64,000 nucleotides of DNA from Octopus vulgaris (Eukaryota), in contig OX597817.1 in NCBI GenBank assembly GCA_951406725.2, positions 109,678,001 to 109,742,000 on the forward strand. Direction: 5' to 3'. Numbering within the stretch: position 1 is the stretch's first letter; every line of letters begins with the position of its first letter. The notes beneath the pieces were generated by a model. That model searched no databases and had not been told where the DNA came from. It saw nothing but the letters and a program-made list of their open reading frames with translations. Of this stretch, positions 57,893 to 64,000 are shown piece by piece. Both the position numbers and the translations under genes were made by a program.

Positions 57893-58303
57893 GCGTGGCT
57901 GCGCTTACCAACTACATGGTCCAGGTTCAATCCCACTGCGTGAGACGCCTTGAGTAAGTGTTTTCTACTGTAACCTCGGGCCGACCAAAATTTTGTGAGT
58001 GCATTTCGTAGACGGAAACTGAAAGAAGCCCGTCGTGTATATATATATATATATATATATATATGCGTGTGTGTGTACATGTGTGTGTGTCTGTGTTTGT
58101 TCCCCCCTCCCAACATGGCTTGACAACCGATGCTGGTGTGTTTACGTCCCCATAATTTAGCGGTTCGGGAAAAGAGACAGATAGAATAAATACTGGGCTT
58201 ACAAAGAATAAGTCCTGGGGTCGATTTGCTCGATTAAAGGCGTTGCTCCAGCATGGTCGCAGTCAAATGACTGAAACAACTAAAAGAATAAAAGAATTAA
58301 AGA
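57893..58303 (+). mobile_element. SINE family B
   Basis: GGTTCAATCCCACTGCGTG, GACGGAAACTGAAAGAAGCCCGTCG, and a (AAAGAAT)-type tail. Confidence 0.88.
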
Positions 58304-58410
58304 ATATATACACACACACAGAGATACATTTTATAACTTAATTGATTCCACCACACCATATATTAACATAACTACATAGTACAAATGTGTGACTGTGTTT
58401 TGAAAATAAA

Positions 58411-58790
58411 AGAAGAAAATCGAGCTTTGGTGTTGGAGAAGACTTTTACGGATTCCATGGACAGCGAGGCTAACCAATGGAGAGGTTCTTAACCGGATCA
58501 AGCCGAAACTGTCGCTAAAAGCTAGGATCACCAAGCATAGATTTGCATACTTTGGTAATATTATGCGGAGAAAATCCCTGGAGAAGGACATCATGCTCAG
58601 AATAGTCAGTGGCAAGAGAGGAAGAGGCCGACCAAGAACCCGATTGCTTGACACCATCAAGAGTGACATGGGAATGGCCATAGCCAATCTGAAAGAAGAG
58701 ACCCAGGATAGAACTGGCTGGAGAACACTGATCCATCGAGTAACCGAGAGTCGACTTCAACTGGGCGGATAGATGATGATGATGATGATG
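58411..58790 (+). mobile_element. 5'-truncated RTE (BovB-like) LINE 3' end with (GAT)n tail
   Basis: Reads ELWCWRRLLRIPWTARLTNGEVL...YFGNIMRRKSLEKDIMLRIVSGKRGRGRPRTRLLDTIK...QDRTGWR, with a stop at 58772 followed by a trinucleotide tail. Confidence 0.9.
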
Positions 58791-58820
58791 ATATATATAT
58801 ATATATATATATCGAGGGGT

Positions 58821-58891
<71 letters not shown>

Positions 58892-59286
58892 TACCTATAC
58901 ACCCAGATAGAGATAGATACATACATAGAGAGAGAGCATGAGGGCGATAGACGTAAAGCAAAAAGATACAATACATTTGTTCAGATATGTAGAAATAGCT
59001 ACTTTCCATGGACGTAGATATTCGTCACCAGAAACAGAAAAACCAAATCACACTCCTACACTGCGGCACTATCATTTGTTTTATGCGTGTGTTTGTTTGT
59101 GTCTTTGCTGTGTATGCATTGTGCAAGTTTGTATGTGCATTCATTATTCATTCATAAGACATGAACAGATAATGAATAATAAATACTAATGCAGATAGTA
59201 ATATATCAGCAAGCATGAGCCGTCGTCGTTTTAATTGTTATTCTATCAGATTGCAGTGACCACGATCAGAAGTCGCTGTGTATATG

Positions 59287-59340
<54 letters not shown>

Positions 59341-59808
59341 GATTGTCTGTGAACGTGCCCAAATTACTTATACATTATATTACAGATATTTTTAATTTAA
59401 AAGTTTCCCTCTATATATATATATATATATATACATACATATACATACATACATACATACATGTATGCATACATACACACATACATACATACAAACATAT
59501 GTAGACATGTATGTATGTATGTTTATTTTATGTTTTATCAATGCCATATGAATCTCTGTTAGGTTACGGTCTAACAATTATCCACTCAGGAAACAGGACT
59601 CCCAATATAGTTCCATATGATACTTGGTAGAAAGAGCGGAATACTTTATTGGTGAAACTCGCCAATATGTAAAATGATACGGCAGACAATAATGAAAAAA
59701 AAATCAGAAATTGATGGAAAAAATAAAAGAATAAATATTTGAGAAAATCGTTAGACTCCATCTCCCACTCACTAACACAAACACACCAATACACATTTAC
59801 ATAACAGA

Positions 59809-59846
<38 letters not shown>

Positions 59847-60206
59847 TGGGCACACATACAAACGCACACAAACATACACATACGTACGCACACACGCACA
59901 CACACACATACACACGCACATAGACCATTAATATTTTTTGTATATACTGTAATTAATGTATGGGTAACTCATCTGCCTAGCTATTTATCAACTTTCACTA
60001 TGCAACTAGATTTTTATCCTCTGAACTCAAACACGCCCACATGTAGTCACACACCTACACCCACAGTCACACGCACACATGCAAGCACATATACATCACG
60101 TTTTTTTTTTATATATGTAGCTTTAACTTTTAATGCATATATGTGCGCGTGTGTGCATATTGATAGATCTATAGATAAATTAAAGGCAAATTGCCAGATA
60201 CATACA

Positions 60207-60660
60207 TATCAGGTTATCCCATAAGTTCTGTCCGAATTTTGAATAAAGAAAACAAGTGATCAAATGTTATATTTAATTGAAATTTAATCATCGATGTACT
60301 TTCTCTGATTATCTATGACTTCTTTCCATCTATTTACAAGTTTTTTTTAATCTCAATATAAAACTATTTTGGTTTCAAAGCGAAGAACTCTGAAATCTCA
60401 GTTTCGACCTCCTCCTGGCTTGCGAAAGTTATGTCCTCCAAATGATTCTGTAAACTACGAAACAAATGGTAGTCTGAAGGAGCAAGGTCAGGAGAATAAG
60501 GTTGATGAGCAATTTTTTCCTAACCAAGCTCTTCGATCTTCTGTGATGTGACCTTTGCATTGTCCTGATGAAACATCACTCCTTTCCAATTCACTAAAGC
60601 GGGTCTTTTTTCTTCAAAGCTTAGTTCAAACGCTCTAATTGCTAACAACAGCATTGATTG
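60207..60660 (-). mobile_element. Mariner (Tc1/mariner) transposase C-terminal relic with probable 3' terminus
   Basis: The minus strand gives KRPALVN, GVMFHQDNA (60556-60570), HQPYSPDLAPSDYHLFRSLQNHL (about 60440-60510) and KLVNRWKEVIDN. Probable terminus TA|TCAGGTTATCCCATAAG at 60207. Contains stops and frameshifts. Confidence 0.9.
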
Positions 60661-61323
60661 ACTTCTGATCTCCAAAACTCTATTCTGTGTACTGACATTT
60701 AATGCTTTTCCCTCAGTTATCAGTAACTTCTGAAAAACTCATATTCTCGAATCTTTACGAAGAATTCTCACAAAGTTTTTCATACATTTCAAACTTAGTT
60801 ATTGTTGTCCTTGTTCAACTATAGATCAGACCTACGAATACAGACGTCCTAACAGTGACCATAAAGTATTTTTGCGATGTTAGTTTAACTTAGGCTAGAA
60901 TATCCTTTTCTTCTGAAAGTAGTAAAGTTAGTTGAGAGTTAGCTGGTTATCTGACGAGGTCAATTGACTATGTAGAGGTGTCCCCATTTCCTCATCATCT
61001 CTAACTGTACGCACATACGTTGTAAAAGGAGATTTGCTTTACTTTTGGCTCTACAAAAGTTTTCAGATTCGGATAAAACAAGTACGTTACTAAGTAGCCT
61101 ATGTGTCAGTAAAACATGGCACGTATCAGTTCTGCTGTTTTGTAAATCCATCAAACATGGACATTTTTATAGTCAGTTATGAATTCCACATACCAGTACC
61201 ATTTGTTAAAACTAATACAAAGCCATTCAAATACGTTCGTGATTATTTACTCATACTTTTTTCAGCAGTACGAAACTTTCATTTGTTTCGTACAGCTTCA
61301 CAGAATTCTCAATAAACTCCATG

Positions 61324-61455
<132 letters not shown>

Positions 61456-61925
61456 ATAAAGCGATCCAGTTTAATACTGCTTTCAAATTTCTGTTTAAAG
61501 AAGAATCAATAAAGTCGATTCTGAAATCATATGATTTGTATGGGATTCCAATTTGTTCAATTCAAGGTTTAATATTTCTTTCTCTGTAAATAATGTTTTC
61601 TCTTTTCCAATGAATTTTTAGAAATTTATTCTGTCCATATAACGGCAACAAGAAAACGTTGTTAGTTTTGCGAACGCAGTTTTTCTTTTTCTTCGTTTTC
61701 CTGCTGCTAATATCGATTCTAAAGACTTATGTTTCAAATAATATATCAAAAGTCTGAAGTATAAATCATATTATTTAGTAAATAATGTCTTGCAAATGAG
61801 GGATATATATTTTGACGGTTTAAAATTAAACGAGCTCAATACCATAAAACTTCACCAATATATAAAACTATACATATATATTATACATACTTATTTGTAT
61901 CCCTATATACAAACATATATATAAA

Positions 61926-61986
<61 letters not shown>

Positions 61987-62005
61987 GTATGTATATATAT
62001 ATATA

Positions 62006-62298
62006 TCACGTGATCACGTGAACGACCAGGCGCTCAGATGTTGCTACACATCGCTGGTCACAATGTGCTTCCCATTGTTTTAGCCTTCAAATGACGCCAC
62101 CCCGCTGGCTAAGCGAGCAGGCCAACAGAAGAAAGAGTGAAAGTTGTGGCGAAAGAGTACAGCAGGGATCGCCACCACCCCCTGCCGGATCCTCGTGGAG
62201 CTTTAGGCGTTTTCGCTCAATAAACACACACAACGCCCGGTCTGGGAATCGAAACCGCGATCCTACGACCGCTGCGCTAACCACAGGGTCATTGCGCC
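62006..62298 (-). mobile_element. SINE family C, tail type 1
   Basis: Reverse complement of 12688-12995, with terminal TCACGTGATCACGTGA. Confidence 0.9.
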
Positions 62299-62325
62299 TA
62301 TATATATATATATATATATATATAT

Positions 62326-62718
62326 TACTCTTACTCTTTTACTCTTTTACTTGTTGCAGTCATTTGACTGCGGCCATGCTGGAGCACCACCCTTAGTCGA
62401 GCAAATCGACCCCGGGACTCATTCTTTGTAAGCCCAGTACTTATTTTATCGTCGCTTTTGCCGAACCGCTAAGTGACGGGGACGTAAACACACCAGCATC
62501 AGTTGTAAAGCAATGCTAGGGGGACAAACACACACACACATACATATATATATATACATATATACGACAGGCTTCTTTCAGTTTCCGTCTACCAAATCCA
62601 CTCACAATGCATTGATCGGCCCGCGGCTATAGCAGAACACACTTGCCCAAGATGCCACGCAGTGGGACTGAACCCGGAACCATGTGGTTGGTAAGCAAGC
62701 TACTTACCACACAGCCAC
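62326..62718 (-). mobile_element. SINE family B, near full length
   Basis: Reverse complement of 14826-15219. Confidence 0.9.
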
Positions 62719-62742
62719 ATATATATATATGCATTTATATAT

Positions 62743-63176
62743 AGCAGGATCTCTAAACAGATGCTATATGGGGAGCTTGCTAATGGAAAGAGACCCTGGC
62801 AGAAACTAAGGCTGCGGTGTAAGGACGGTGTCAAATCCTTATTAAAGGCCTATGATGTGCAGGAGGCTGACTGGGAGAGGAAATTCCTCTCATGTCTACA
62901 GATGGAGGAAGCAGGTTAAGGAGGAGTTCGACACCTCCGACAGCTTTGAGAGAGCACCTATTCTGCATGAAGAATTTAAGCGTGCTGCTCGAAAGCGTAC
63001 TGCTAGTGAATAGGGAAAGCTTGGTTTGCAATGTTTGCAATGTATGCTTCCCAAGAGCAGCGGTCATTAGCCCCTAACGAAGCCACATATATGGCAAAAT
63101 ATATGTTAATCCTAGAGCGCACAATGTTCCTAAAGGTTAGTAATGGCCTTCCTCGGTCACGAGTGGACAGCCATCA
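62743..63176 (+). mobile_element. 5'-truncated RTE-clade LINE 3' end with a decayed C2H2-like finger
   Basis: RISKQMLYGELANGKRPWQKLRLRCKDGVK...WE, RWRKQVK, LVCNVCNVCF...RSH. The 3' UTR runs directly into (TATG)n. Confidence 0.82.
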
Positions 63177-63630
63177 TGTATGTATGTATGTATGTATGTA
63201 TGTATGTATGTATGTATGTATGTATGTATGTATGTATGTAGCATGTATGTATGTATGTATGTATGTATGTATGTATGTATGTATGTATGTATGTATGCAT
63301 GTATGTATGTATGTATGTATGTATGTATGTATGCATGTATGTATGTATGTATGTATGTATGTATGTATGTATGTATGTATGTATGTATGTATGTATGTAT
63401 GCATGTATGTATGTATGTATGTATGTATGTATGTATGTATGTATGTATGTATCATGTATGTATGTATGTATGTATGTATGTATGTATGTATGTATGTATG
63501 TATGTATGTATGTATGTATGTATGTATGTATGTATGTATGTATGTATGTATGTATGTATGTATGTATGTATGTATGTATGTATGTATGTATGTATGTATG
63601 TATGTATGCATGTATGTATGTATGTATGTT
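63176..63630. repeat. Long (TATG)n array, probably an expanded LINE tail
   Basis: About 450 bp of TATG directly after the RTE 3' end GACAGCCATCATG. Confidence 0.95.
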
Positions 63631-63882
63631 TGTATGTTGTGTGTATGTATGCATTCATGCATGAATATATGTGTGCGTAAATATACATGTAATTATGAAT
63701 AAAATAATAAATTTTGACTGAATCAGTATAAATATCAAATGGTAATATTTAACACATTTTAAATGCAGATGTGTTATAACACAGAATACTGTGATAGCTG
63801 TTACCATGAGAGGGCCTCTTATTTGGTTTTGTGGTGCATTTAAGCACTCTAATTTAAATCACTAGCAGTAAACAAAAATGAA

Positions 63883-63959
<77 letters not shown>

Positions 63960-64000
63960 TTGTGCGTTCATGTATATATTATATAGAGATAGATAAGCCC

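Overview
AT-rich, microsatellite-dense eukaryotic non-coding DNA, intronic or intergenic. The repeat style suggests a cephalopod (Octopus-like) genome; that assignment is an inference. No intact host gene is recognisable, and nearly all ORFs in the track are translations of microsatellites. The window holds three families of tRNA-headed SINEs (here A, B, C) that share or swap modules and insert into each other, two decayed R4/Dong-type non-LTR retrotransposons, two RTE-clade LINE 3' ends, a mariner transposase relic and a MITE with ~80-bp TIRs. It also holds a 1634-bp near-identical tandem duplication and a 491-bp tandem unit with an inverted, scrambled tail. The most interesting signal is a set of minimal type I hammerhead-ribozyme-like folds. 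One has a canonical core (15358-15394). One has perfect stems and a compensated G3:C8 core (28037-28087). Several others are degenerate, including one inside a ~380-bp diverged tandem repeat.
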